From the NCBI RefSeq assembly GCF_021246445.1, contig NZ_JAJQXW010000002.1:682001-746000 (forward strand): DNA of 64,000 nucleotides. The letters are read 5' to 3'. Position 1 is the first letter of the stretch, and the number at the start of each line of letters is the position of its first letter. Of the stretch, positions 50,908-59,915 are shown piece after piece. This DNA is from Rhabdothermincola salaria (GTDB lineage Bacteria > Actinomycetota > Acidimicrobiia > Acidimicrobiales > Acidimicrobilacustridaceae). A program made the position numbers and the translations under genes. A model generated the notes under the pieces. The model worked only from the letters and a program-made list of their open reading frames with translations, did no database searches and was not told the origin of the DNA.

Positions 50908-52518
50908 GTGAAAGCGAAGAGGTTCGCACCGCTGGCCTTGTTGCTGGCGCTGACCATGGTGGCGGCCGCATGCGGCGGCGACGACGACGGCGATGGTGAC
51001 GGTGGTTCGGCCAGCCCGGACACCACCGAGGAGGCCAGCGGCGAGCGCTGCGACGCCACCGTCCCTGGTACCCAGATCGACTACGGCGTGTACGCGCCGA
51101 CCTCGTCGCTCGACCCGCCCTTCGCCAGCGGCTCGCTCGTGGGGGGCACCGAGCTCATCAACATCTACGACGCGCTGATGACGTTCGACTTCGAGACCAA
51201 CACCTTCGAGCCTCGCCTGGCCGAGTCGCTCGAGTCCAACGACGACTTCACGGTGTGGACCCTGAAGCTGCGCGACGACATCACCTACAGCGACGGCACC
51301 GCCCTCGACGCCCAGATGGTGTCGGACAACATGGACCGCTATCTGCAGGAGGGCGTGCGCAACACCTCGGGTGGCTTCATGACCACCATCGAGGACAAGA
51401 CGGTCGTCGATCCCCAGACCCTCGAGGTCACGCTGTCCGAGCCGTGGTCGGAGTTCCAGGTGGTGTTCGCCGACGAGCCCGGGCTGGTCGTGAACCTCAA
51501 CGCCATCGGCGACGACGCCGAGGCCTTCGGTGCCCAGCCCCCCGACGCCGCTGGTGTCGGCCCCTACGTCGTCGAGCGCAACGTGCCCGGTGAGGAGCTG
51601 GTCATGACCGCCCGCGAGGACTACTGGGACGGCCCGGTGTGCATCGAGACCCTGCGGTTCGTGTTCGTGCCCGGCGCCCAGGCCAGCTACGACGCCTTCC
51701 AGGCCGGCGACCTGAACGTCGCCTTCCTGCGCGACGACCCCGTGATCACCGAGGCCATCGACGCCGGCAACGACAACTTCTTCATCGAGCAGCAGGCCGG
51801 CGGTGGGTTCGTGATCAACCACCGCGACGGTCGTCCCGGCGCCGACGTCAAGGTGCGTGAGGCCATCGGCCTGGCCGTCGACATCGACGTCATCAACGAT
51901 CGGGCCTTCAACGGCGACATGGCCGTCTACAAGGCCCTCGTGGCCCCCGACTCCCGCCTCTACTCCGATGCCATCGAGGAGATGGCCACGGACGTCGAGG
52001 GCGCGACGGCGGCCCTCGAGGAGGCCAAGGCCAACGGCTTCGACGGCCAGATCGAGGTGCTGTGCGCCAACGCCCCGCCCGCGCCGGAGACCTCGTTGGC
52101 CCTCGAGGCCCTGCTCGAGTCGGTCGGGTTCGACGTCAACGTGACCAACATCCCGACCGCCGACCAGATCGGTCAGGTCATCCAGGGTGACTACGACGTC
52201 GCCTGCTGGGGCATGAACTCCGGCCCCGAGACCGGGATCACCTCGTTCAACCGCAACCTGCGCGGCGACAGCTCGTCCAACCGTCAGGGCTACGCCAGCA
52301 CCGCCATGGACGACGCCCTCGACGCCCTCTTCGCCGCTCCCGACGAGGAGGCCCGCCAGGAGGCCATGGCCGAGGTCAACTCGATCTACAACGAGGACTG
52401 GGTCGGCGTCATCTACGGCGCTCCCCGCGAGGGCATCATCTGGACCGATGACATCGAGGGCATCATCCCCAGCAACGCCACCACGTTCCTGTTCGGGAAC
52501 GCCTACATCAACAGCTAG
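50908..52518 (+). CDS. ABC transporter substrate-binding lipoprotein (family 5), copy 2
   Basis: Colinear paralogue of 48994-50595 with long identical stretches; alternative ATG at 50902. Confidence 0.93.
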   Translation: MKAKRFAPLALLLALTMVAAACGGDDDGDGDGGSASPDTTEEASGERCDATVPGTQIDYGVYAPTSSLDPPFASGSLVGGTELINIYDALMTFDFETNTFEPRLAESLESNDDFTVWTLKLRDDITYSDGTALDAQMVSDNMDRYLQEGVRNTSGGFMTTIEDKTVVDPQTLEVTLSEPWSEFQVVFADEPGLVVNLNAIGDDAEAFGAQPPDAAGVGPYVVERNVPGEELVMTAREDYWDGPVCIETLRFVFVPGAQASYDAFQAGDLNVAFLRDDPVITEAIDAGNDNFFIEQQAGGGFVINHRDGRPGADVKVREAIGLAVDIDVINDRAFNGDMAVYKALVAPDSRLYSDAIEEMATDVEGATAALEEAKANGFDGQIEVLCANAPPAPETSLALEALLESVGFDVNVTNIPTADQIGQVIQGDYDVACWGMNSGPETGITSFNRNLRGDSSSNRQGYASTAMDDALDALFAAPDEEARQEAMAEVNSIYNEDWVGVIYGAPREGIIWTDDIEGIIPSNATTFLFGNAYINS

Positions 52519-52575
52519 CCGCAGCGAGGATCGACCCCGGGGGGCAGGCGCGGGCCGCCCGGGGTCGGTTCCCTG
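52519..52575 (+). repeat. Second copy of the stem-loop, between binding protein and permease
   Basis: Near-identical to 50596-50651. Confidence 0.7.
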
Positions 52576-52600
52576 AGATTCGAAGGAGGGGACCCGAACG

Positions 52601-53722
52601 ATGCTGCGGCTGTTCGGGCGACGACTGATCCGCCTGGTGCCCGTGCTGTTCCTCGTGACGCTCGGCACGTTCTTCCTCATCGCCCTGGTCCCCGGAGATC
52701 CCGCGGTCAGCATCCTCGGCCCGGACGCCACGCCCGAGGCGATCGCCAACCTGCGCACCGAGCTCGGGCTCGACGAGCCGCTCGTGGCGCGCTACTGGGA
52801 CTGGTTGAGCAGCGCCTTCCAGGGCGACCTCGGCAACTCCCTGCTGCAGCCCACGGACTCCGTGGTCGACCTGATCCGCGCCAGCCTGCCCATCACGCTG
52901 CAGCTGGCGGCCATGGGTCTGCTCATGGCGCTCTTCATCGCCGTGCCCCTCGCCATCTGGTCGGCCTACCGAGCCGACAGCCACGTCGATCGGGCGTCGT
53001 CGTTCCTCACCGCCGCCCTCATCTCCGTCCCCACCTTCCTGGCCGCGCTGTTGCTGGCCTACTTCTTCGTCTTCCAACCCGACGTCGTGCGCTGGGCCAC
53101 GCTGCTGCTCGGGTTCTCCATCGCCGGGGCCATGGTGGTCGGCGCCGCCAAGCGCTGGGGCGACGACACCAACCGGGCCGTGCTGGTCCGCCTCGGGGGC
53201 GCCGCCGCCGTGGTGGGCGCCACCCTGGCGGTGTTCGCCTTCTTCCCCGAGTTCCCTCGCACCGGGTTCTCCCGCATCACCGCCGAGGAGGGCCTGGGCG
53301 AGAACCTGCGCTCGGCCTTCCTCCCGGCGTTCGCCCTGGCCCTCACCGAGATCGCCGTGTTCACCCGACTGCTGCGCGGCGACATGATCTCGACGCTCCA
53401 GGAGGACTACATCCTGGCGGCGCGGGCCAAGGGCATGCCGGTGTGGCGGGTGCTGTGGAGCGACGCCCTGCGGCCGTCGTCGTTCTCGCTCGTCACCCTC
53501 GCCGGGGTGAGCCTGGGCCGACTCATCGGCGGCACCGTCATCGTCGAGACCATCTTCGCCATCCCCGGCATGGGCCGCCTCGTCGTCAACCAGGGGGTGG
53601 TGCTCGGCGACTTCACCGTGGTGCAGGGCGGCGTGCTGGTGATCGCCGTGTTCTACGTCCTCATCAACCTGGTGGTGGACGTGTCCTACCTCTACCTCGA
53701 CCCGAGGATCCGTCGTGCCTGA
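52601..53722 (+). CDS. ABC permease (DppB/OppB-like)
   Basis: VPGDPA, LGLDEPL..RY..W, GDLG.S, EDYILAARAKG, IVETIF.IPG.G. Confidence 0.93.
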   Translation: MLRLFGRRLIRLVPVLFLVTLGTFFLIALVPGDPAVSILGPDATPEAIANLRTELGLDEPLVARYWDWLSSAFQGDLGNSLLQPTDSVVDLIRASLPITLQLAAMGLLMALFIAVPLAIWSAYRADSHVDRASSFLTAALISVPTFLAALLLAYFFVFQPDVVRWATLLLGFSIAGAMVVGAAKRWGDDTNRAVLVRLGGAAAVVGATLAVFAFFPEFPRTGFSRITAEEGLGENLRSAFLPAFALALTEIAVFTRLLRGDMISTLQEDYILAARAKGMPVWRVLWSDALRPSSFSLVTLAGVSLGRLIGGTVIVETIFAIPGMGRLVVNQGVVLGDFTVVQGGVLVIAVFYVLINLVVDVSYLYLDPRIRRA

Positions 53723-54785
53723 GGCTCCCGTGCTCGAAGACCTGCCCGCCGAGCCCGAGGAGCCGACGCCCGCGCCGCGGCCCACTCCGGCCCGGCCCTG
53801 GGCCCGCGTGGCGCTGCTGCCGCTGAGCCTCGTGCTGCTCTTCGTCGCCCTCGACGTGATGGCCGGGCTCACCGTGTGGGCCCAGGCGCCGGTGGTCGCC
53901 GTCGGCCTGGCCGCCTTCTACATGGGCCTCGACGCCCTGCTCTTCGTCGTCAAGGGGCGCAAGGTCAACACCGGCTTCTGGCTGGCGGTGGTGTGGGTGG
54001 TCGGCCTGGTGCTGCTGGCCGTCTTCGCCGACCTCTTGCCGCTGGGTGAGTCCGAGGACACGGCTGCCACCTTGCGGGACACGCCTCGCCTCCGACCGGA
54101 CCTCTTCTCGGCCCATCCGCTCGGCACCGACAACCAGGCCCTCGACATCCTCGCCGGTGTCATCTACGGCGCCCGGGTCTCGCTGCAGGTCAGCTTCCTG
54201 GCCGTGGCCATCGGCATGGTCGGCGGTGGGCTGCTGGGCATCTCCGCCGGCTTCTTCCGCGGCAAGCTCGACGCCGTGGTCGGCGTGTTCGCCGACTCCA
54301 TGCTCGCCTTCCCCCCGCTCATCCTGCTCCTCGCCGTGGTGGCGGCCGTCGACGCCAGCGTGCTCAACATCTCCCTGGCCCTGGCGCTGTTGAGCGTGCC
54401 CACCTACACCCGTCTGGCCCGGGCCAACACGCTCACCCTGGCCCAACGCGAGTTCGTGCTCTCGGCCCGGGCCATGGGCGCCAAGGACTGGCGCATCATC
54501 GCCTTCGAGCTGGTGCCCAACGTGGTGCGCCCTCTGCTGTCGTACAGCTTCATCATCATCGCCGTGCTGATCGTGGCCGAGGCGTCGCTGAGCTTCCTCG
54601 GGGTCGGCATCCAACGCCCCACCCCCACCTGGGGCAACATGATCGCCGCCGGTCAGAACGACCTCCAGCAGACCCCCCACCTGGTCTTCGTGCCCGGTGC
54701 GGTGATGTTCGTGACCGTGTTCGCCCTCAACAAGATCGGCGACCGGGCCCGCGCCAAGCTCGACCCCCGCGCCAGCGCCATCTGA
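53715..54785 (+). CDS. ABC permease (DppC/OppC-like)
   Basis: HPLGTD, YGARVSL, AFP, REFV.SARAMGA, EASLSFLG.G..P.WG.MI. Confidence 0.93.
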   Translation: MPEAPVLEDLPAEPEEPTPAPRPTPARPWARVALLPLSLVLLFVALDVMAGLTVWAQAPVVAVGLAAFYMGLDALLFVVKGRKVNTGFWLAVVWVVGLVLLAVFADLLPLGESEDTAATLRDTPRLRPDLFSAHPLGTDNQALDILAGVIYGARVSLQVSFLAVAIGMVGGGLLGISAGFFRGKLDAVVGVFADSMLAFPPLILLLAVVAAVDASVLNISLALALLSVPTYTRLARANTLTLAQREFVLSARAMGAKDWRIIAFELVPNVVRPLLSYSFIIIAVLIVAEASLSFLGVGIQRPTPTWGNMIAAGQNDLQQTPHLVFVPGAVMFVTVFALNKIGDRARAKLDPRASAI

Positions 54786-54790
54786 CCGGG

Positions 54791-55372
54791 TCAGGTCGGA
54801 GGGTCGTCCTCGGCTCGGAAGCGGAACAGGCGGCGCTCCTTGCGGAGCCGGTCGAGCCGCTCGAAGTCGACGTCGGGCTGCTCCTCGTGCTCGTCGGCGT
54901 CGTAGGCGATGACCCACGTGCCGGCCACGAGGTCGTGCAGGCCCCGGCCGGAGCCGACGAGGGTGGGCAGCGCCAGCGCCACCAGGACGGCACCGGCCAC
55001 CCACGGGTTGGGCACCAGCAGCACCACCAGCACGAGGAGCCATCGGCGCACGGCGCGGGCCAGGCCCGGGGTGTCGGTGCCGGGGTGCGCGGCGACCTTG
55101 ACGTCCAACCAGTCCTTGGCCGGTGTCTGGCCCAACCGGGCGACGAACACCAGCTCGTAGCCGGTGAGCAGCACGGCGAAGAGGTAGCGAGCTCCGTCGG
55201 GGCCGACGAGTGCGCTCCCGCCGAGCACCATGAAGGTGAGCTGGGCGAAGAAGACGATGAAGAGGTCGACCACACGCGCCGCGGCGCGCCGCCAACGAGC
55301 CGCAGGATCAGGCGCCGCCGGCCGACTCCTCCGCGAAGTGGCACGCCACGTAGTGCCCGGGGCGCAGCTCAC
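54791..55372 (-). CDS. RDD family membrane protein (start uncertain)
   Basis: ARWRRAAARVVD, GQTPAK..L.VKV, RGLHD.VAGT.V. Confidence 0.8.
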   Translation of the reverse strand: MSCAPGTTWRATSRRSRPAAPDPAARWRRAAARVVDLFIVFFAQLTFMVLGGSALVGPDGARYLFAVLLTGYELVFVARLGQTPAKDWLDVKVAAHPGTDTPGLARAVRRWLLVLVVLLVPNPWVAGAVLVALALPTLVGSGRGLHDLVAGTWVIAYDADEHEEQPDVDFERLDRLRKERRLFRFRAEDDPPT

Positions 55373-56312
55373 GTAGCTCCGGCTCGGTCTCGGCGCACAC
55401 GTCCTGGGCCAACGGGCACCGGGTGCGGAAGCGGCAGCCCGACGGCGGATCGATGGGCGAGGGCAGGTCGCCGCTGATGGTGCCGTCGCCGTTCTCCCTG
55501 TCGGGGTCCGGGACCGGGATCGACTGCAGGAGCAGCTGCGTGTAGGGGTGGACGGGTTCGCCGTAGAGCTGGTCGGCGCCGGCGACCTCGCAGATCTTGC
55601 CCAGGTACATCACCACGACGCGGTCGCTGACGTTCTTGACCACGGCCAGGTCGTGGGCGATGAAGAGCAGCGTGAGGCCGTAGCGCTGCTTCATGCTCTC
55701 GAGCAGGTTGAGGATCTGGGCCTGCACGGACACGTCGAGCGCGGAGACCGGCTCGTCGCAGATGATGACCTCGGGATCGAGCATGAGGGCGCGGGCGATG
55801 CAGATGCGCTGGCACTGCCCGCCGGAGAACTCGTGGGGTCGGCGGTCGCCGACGACCTTCGGGTCGAGGCCGACCGCTTCGAGGATCTCGTCGATGTGGC
55901 GGTCGTGCTCGGGGCCGGAGCGCTCGTGCCAGATCCGCGGGCCTTCGTTGACGATGTCGCGGACCTTGCGCCTCGGGTTCAGCGAGGAGATCGGGTCCTG
56001 GAAGATCATCTGCAGGTGGGTGCGGACCCGTCGCAGCTCCTCGCCCTCGAGGCCGGTGAGGTCCTGGCCGTCGAGGACGACCTCACCGGACGTGGGCTTG
56101 GGGAGCTGCATGATGGCGCGCCCGGTGCTCGACTTCCCGCACCCCGACTCGCCGACGAGGCCGACCGTCTCGCCCTTGAGGATGTCGAAGCTCACATCGC
56201 TGACGGCGTGGACCACCTCGCCCTTGCCGGTGGGGAACTCGACCACCAGGTTGCGCACCGTGAGCACGGGGTCCTGGTCGCCGCGGAGGTGGGCGGTGCC
56301 GCTGCCGGCCAT
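55308..56312 (-). CDS. ABC ATPase (DppF/OppF-like)
   Basis: GESGCGKS, FQDP.SSLNP, PHEFSGGQ.QR, DEPVSALD, HPYT, GCRF.TRCP..C..CH. Confidence 0.95.
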   Translation of the reverse strand: MAGSGTAHLRGDQDPVLTVRNLVVEFPTGKGEVVHAVSDVSFDILKGETVGLVGESGCGKSSTGRAIMQLPKPTSGEVVLDGQDLTGLEGEELRRVRTHLQMIFQDPISSLNPRRKVRDIVNEGPRIWHERSGPEHDRHIDEILEAVGLDPKVVGDRRPHEFSGGQCQRICIARALMLDPEVIICDEPVSALDVSVQAQILNLLESMKQRYGLTLLFIAHDLAVVKNVSDRVVVMYLGKICEVAGADQLYGEPVHPYTQLLLQSIPVPDPDRENGDGTISGDLPSPIDPPSGCRFRTRCPLAQDVCAETEPELRELRPGHYVACHFAEESAGGA

Positions 56313-57382
56313 CAGCTCACCACCTCGGCGCGCAGGTCGAGGCCGGCGGCGGTGACGCCGGCCTCGGTGTTGCGGCGCAGGGCCTCGTCGCCCTCCGGGG
56401 TGCCGGTGGGGAAGTGGCAGCACCACTGGTGGGCGGGTCCGTCGAGCACGACGTAGCCGGGGTCGACCTCACCGCAGGTGGGCTGGGCCTGTGGGCACCG
56501 GGGTGCGAACCGGCAGGCGGGTGGGGGCGAGACCATGTCGGGAGGTCGTCCCGGGATGGCCTCCAGGGTCGAGTGGCTGGGCAGCTCGACGCGGGGGATC
56601 GAACGCATCAGCGCCGTGGTGTAGGGGTGGCGGGGGTTGATGAACAGCTCGCGGGTGGGGGCCATCTCCGACAACCGGGCGGCGTACATCACGCCGATGC
56701 GGTCGGCCCGTCCGGCCACCACCCCGAGGTCGTGGGTGATGAGGATCATGCCCATGCCCGTCTCCTCCTGCAGGCTCTGCAGGAGGTCGAGGATCTGCTT
56801 CTGGACGGTCACGTCGAGGGCGGTGGTGGGCTCGTCCGCGATCAACAGCTTGGGCTCGCACGACAGCGCGATGGCGATGGTGACCCGCTGGCGCATGCCG
56901 CCCGAGAGCTCGTGGGGGTACTGCGAGAGGCGCCGCTCCGGATGGGGGATCCCCACGTGACCCAACAGCTCGACGGCGCGGCTGCGGGCATCGGTGCGGT
57001 TGAGTCCGAGGTGGTAGCGCAGGGGCTCGGTGAGCTGCTGGCCCACCTTCTTGACCGGGTTGAGCGAGGTCATCGGGTCCTGGAAGACCATGGCCACCTC
57101 GACCCCGAAGAAGTGCCGGGCTTCGGCCAACGTGAGGCCCCGCACGTCCCGCCCGTCGAGCAGCACTTCCGAGGCGGGATCGACCGAGGCCGCCTTGGGC
57201 AGGATGTTCATGATCGACCGGACCAGCACCGACTTGCCCGAGCCGGACTCGCCGACGATCCCGAGCGTCTCGCCCCGATCGAGCTCGAAGGACACACCGT
57301 CGACCGCCAGGAGCTCGCCCCGGTCCGTGGCGAAGCGGGTGGACAGGCCGTTGACGGCCAGCAACGGTTGTCCTGCGCTCAA
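56312..57382 (-). CDS. ABC ATPase (DppD/OppD-like); alternative ATG at 57412
   Basis: GESGSGKS, YPHELSGGMRQR, ADEPTTALD, THDLGVV, CRFAPRC. Confidence 0.95.
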   Translation of the reverse strand: MSAGQPLLAVNGLSTRFATDRGELLAVDGVSFELDRGETLGIVGESGSGKSVLVRSIMNILPKAASVDPASEVLLDGRDVRGLTLAEARHFFGVEVAMVFQDPMTSLNPVKKVGQQLTEPLRYHLGLNRTDARSRAVELLGHVGIPHPERRLSQYPHELSGGMRQRVTIAIALSCEPKLLIADEPTTALDVTVQKQILDLLQSLQEETGMGMILITHDLGVVAGRADRIGVMYAARLSEMAPTRELFINPRHPYTTALMRSIPRVELPSHSTLEAIPGRPPDMVSPPPACRFAPRCPQAQPTCGEVDPGYVVLDGPAHQWCCHFPTGTPEGDEALRRNTEAGVTAAGLDLRAEVVS

Positions 57383-57546
57383 CGGTTCCCCCCGGGTCGT
57401 GGCCGCGGCCATGTTGGCAGCCGGGTGCAGGAGCCGCAACACGCCGCAGGCCCGTCGCGTGCCCGTCGTGGGCCTCCGGTGCCCGGGGGCGTGAACCCAC
57501 CCGCCCGGACGACCTGACCGATGTCACACCGCCTCGGCGGATCGTC

Positions 57547-57575
57547 GGGAACCAGGGCCGCTCCTGGTGCGACTA
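57547..57575 (+). promoter_or_regulatory. SigC-type ECF promoter
   Basis: GGGAAC-N17-CGACTA, 8 nt before GTG 57584, heading an operon that encodes a SigC-like sigma. Confidence 0.75.
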
Positions 57576-57583
57576 CCACCAGC

Positions 57584-58252
57584 GTGCCCCGGTCCCCGCG
57601 CCCCGCATCCGCCCGAACTCGGTCGCATCGCAACCCCGACGGCCCGACCCCGGGCGTGGTGCGGGTGATCGTCGTCCTCGTCGCCTTGGCGCTGCTCGCC
57701 GCCGCGTGCGGCAGCGACGGGTCCGCGGCCTCGTTGAACGGCCTCCAGCAGGACCCTTCTCCGCAGGTGGGGGAGGTGGCACTGCCCGACGTGCTCGATG
57801 GCGGAGCTTCCTCCGCCATGCGGGCGCAGTCGGATGAGCTGCTGTTGGTGTTCTTCGGGTTCACCAGCTGCCCCGACATCTGCCCCACCACCATGGCGAC
57901 CATCGCCACCGCGCTCGACCAGCGCCCCGAGCTGGTGGACGAGGTGGAAGTCGCCATGGTGAGCGTCGACCCCGAGCGGGACACGGCGGATGTGATGCCG
58001 CGCTACGTCACCTCGTTCGTCGACCGGGCCCGGGCCCTGCGCACCGACGACCCGGCGACCCTGCGGGCCGCGGCCGACGCGTTCGGGGCGTCCTACCTGG
58101 TCACCACCGACGCCGACGGTGAACCCGATGTCGGGCACTCGGCCTATCTGTACGGCGTCGACGACCAGGGCCAGGTCGTCGTGACCTGGAGCTTCGGCGT
58201 CACCGCCGACGAGCTCTCGTCCGATCTCTCCACCCTGCTGACCCAGTCCTGA
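57584..58252 (+). CDS. SCO/SenC family copper chaperone lipoprotein
   Basis: Lipobox LAAAC, FFGFTSCPDICP (CxxxC), VSVDPERDT, VGHS; alternative start 57656. Confidence 0.93.
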   Translation: MPRSPRPASARTRSHRNPDGPTPGVVRVIVVLVALALLAAACGSDGSAASLNGLQQDPSPQVGEVALPDVLDGGASSAMRAQSDELLLVFFGFTSCPDICPTTMATIATALDQRPELVDEVEVAMVSVDPERDTADVMPRYVTSFVDRARALRTDDPATLRAAADAFGASYLVTTDADGEPDVGHSAYLYGVDDQGQVVVTWSFGVTADELSSDLSTLLTQS

Positions 58253-58262
58253 GGAGGACCCC

Positions 58263-58907
58263 TTGACCACCGACCGACCGCTCACGTGCATCGACGGCCG
58301 ACGAACGCGGCCTCGCCGCCTCCTGGTCGTGCCTCTGCTGGCCGTGGCCGCGATGGTGCTGGCCGCGTGCGGCTCCACCGACGAGGCCGACGGCGGGGCG
58401 GCGGCGACCGTCGAGGTCCGCGACGCCTGGGCGCGCACGTCCCCCAGCGGGCAGATGAACGGCGCCGCCTACATGGTGCTGGTGGGGGGCGAGGAGGACG
58501 ACCGGCTGGTGGGGGTGAGCGTCGCCTCCGACGTGGCCGCTCGGGCCGAGCTGCACGAGACGGTGATGGCCGACGACGACGCCACCGGGATGGGCGGCGA
58601 TGCCCAGATGGACGGCGATGCCCAGATGGACGGCGATGCCCAGATGGACGGCGATGCCCAGATGGACGATGCCGGCATGGACGGGACCCCGACCACCATG
58701 GCCGCAACGCCGGGGATGATGACCATGCACGAGGTGTCTGCCATCGACGTGCCGGCCGGTGGGGAGGTGGCGCTCGAACCGGGCGGCTACCACGTGATGC
58801 TGCTGGAGCTGGCCGCCCCCCTCGTGGCCGGTGAGACGGTCGATCTCACCCTCGAGCTCGAGCAGGCCGGCACCGTCACCGTGACCGCCGAGGTCCGCAC
58901 CGCGTGA
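58263..58907 (+). CDS. PCu(A)C copper chaperone lipoprotein with Met/Asp-rich insertion
   Basis: Lipobox LAAC, DAWAR, GAAYM, ELHET, M-x21-HVM (PGGYHVML); GAGGAGG RBS. Confidence 0.93.
   Translation: MTTDRPLTCIDGRRTRPRRLLVVPLLAVAAMVLAACGSTDEADGGAAATVEVRDAWARTSPSGQMNGAAYMVLVGGEEDDRLVGVSVASDVAARAELHETVMADDDATGMGGDAQMDGDAQMDGDAQMDGDAQMDDAGMDGTPTTMAATPGMMTMHEVSAIDVPAGGEVALEPGGYHVMLLELAAPLVAGETVDLTLELEQAGTVTVTAEVRTA
58590..58661 (+). repeat. 4 x 18-bp coding tandem repeat (M-G/D-GDAQ)
   Basis: ATGG(G/A)CGGCGATGCCCAG four times, then a degenerate copy. Confidence 0.95.
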
Positions 58908-58917
58908 GGTCACGGCC

Positions 58918-59331
58918 GTGAGTCGATCCCCCCGTGGGGCGAGCGTGGCCGTCACCGCGGTGCTGCTGGTCGGCGCCGCGGCCCTGGGCGCATGGCTGGT
59001 GCTCGGGGGATCGGAACGAGGCCCCGGGGCCGTCCCCCGGTTCGAGATGGTGGATGCGTCGACTCCCGGTGACGTCGAGATCGTGATCCCGGCTGGTACC
59101 GCGTCCCGCTTGGCGAGCGGGGCGCCGGTGAGCGCCGTCCCCCGCCTGATCGAACCCCACGTCGGCGACGTGGTCGTCGTGCGCAACGAGGACGTCGACG
59201 CGGCCTTCCTCGGTCCGTTCTTCGTGCCGGCCGGGGAGACCATCGCCCACCGAGCCCTCAGCACCGGTGTGCTCGAAGGGTCCTGCTCGGCCCATGAGGA
59301 CGGACGGATCACCGTGGTGGTGGCGGCATGA
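58918..59331 (+). CDS. Small membrane-anchored cupredoxin-like protein
   Basis: N-terminal TM, P.LIE..VGD.VVV.NED, PAGET, G...G.CSAH; sits in the copper operon. Confidence 0.6.
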   Translation: MSRSPRGASVAVTAVLLVGAAALGAWLVLGGSERGPGAVPRFEMVDASTPGDVEIVIPAGTASRLASGAPVSAVPRLIEPHVGDVVVVRNEDVDAAFLGPFFVPAGETIAHRALSTGVLEGSCSAHEDGRITVVVAA

Positions 59332-59915
59332 ACACGGCTCGCCCGCGCCGGGTTGTGAGCCGACGAGGGAGCGGCGATGCTCGGGGGGTGGACGACACGA
59401 CGCGGCTGTTGCTCGCCGCCCGAGACGGTGACCGGGACGCCTTCGCCGAGTTCGTGCGCCGCACCCAGCCCGAGGTCCACCGGCTCTGCCGGGCGCTGAG
59501 CAGCCCGTCGGCCGCCGACGATCTCACCCAGGAGACCTACCTGCGGGCACTGGACGCGCTCGGGCGCTTTCGAGGCCGATCGTCGGCGCGCACGTGGTTG
59601 CTGGCCATCGCCCGCAACGTGGCGGCCGACGACATCCGTCGTCGGGGAGCACGCGGACGCCTGCTGTCCCGGCTGGGCGGCCCCGACGAACCCATGGCCT
59701 CACCAGGAGCCATGGTCCACACCGCGGACCTGTTGGCCCGCCTCCACCCCGATCGTCGCGACGCCTTCGCGCTCACCCAGCTGCTGGGCCTCAGCTACGC
59801 CGAGGCCGCCGAGGTCCTCGACTGCCCGGTGGGGACGATCCGCTCCCGGGTGGCGCGTGCCCGCGAGGACCTGGTCGACGCGCTTCGCGACCCTCGCGCC
59901 GAGGAGACGGGATGA
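59328..59915 (+). CDS. ECF sigma factor, SigC-like (alternative start 59388)
   Basis: TQPEV, ADDLTQETYLRA, SSARTWLLAIAR, LTQLLGLSYAEAA..CPVGTIRSRVARAR, as I recall mycobacterial SigC. Confidence 0.88.
   Translation: MNTARPRRVVSRRGSGDARGVDDTTRLLLAARDGDRDAFAEFVRRTQPEVHRLCRALSSPSAADDLTQETYLRALDALGRFRGRSSARTWLLAIARNVAADDIRRRGARGRLLSRLGGPDEPMASPGAMVHTADLLARLHPDRRDAFALTQLLGLSYAEAAEVLDCPVGTIRSRVARAREDLVDALRDPRAEETG

Noticed and set aside
50596..52575. Repeated stem-loops as IS ends or REP elements
   Set aside because: Only two copies, each at the same position after a duplicated gene, and no transposase
58590..58661. Repeat as a CRISPR array
   Set aside because: 18-bp head-to-tail units with no spacers, in frame within a CDS, and no cas genes
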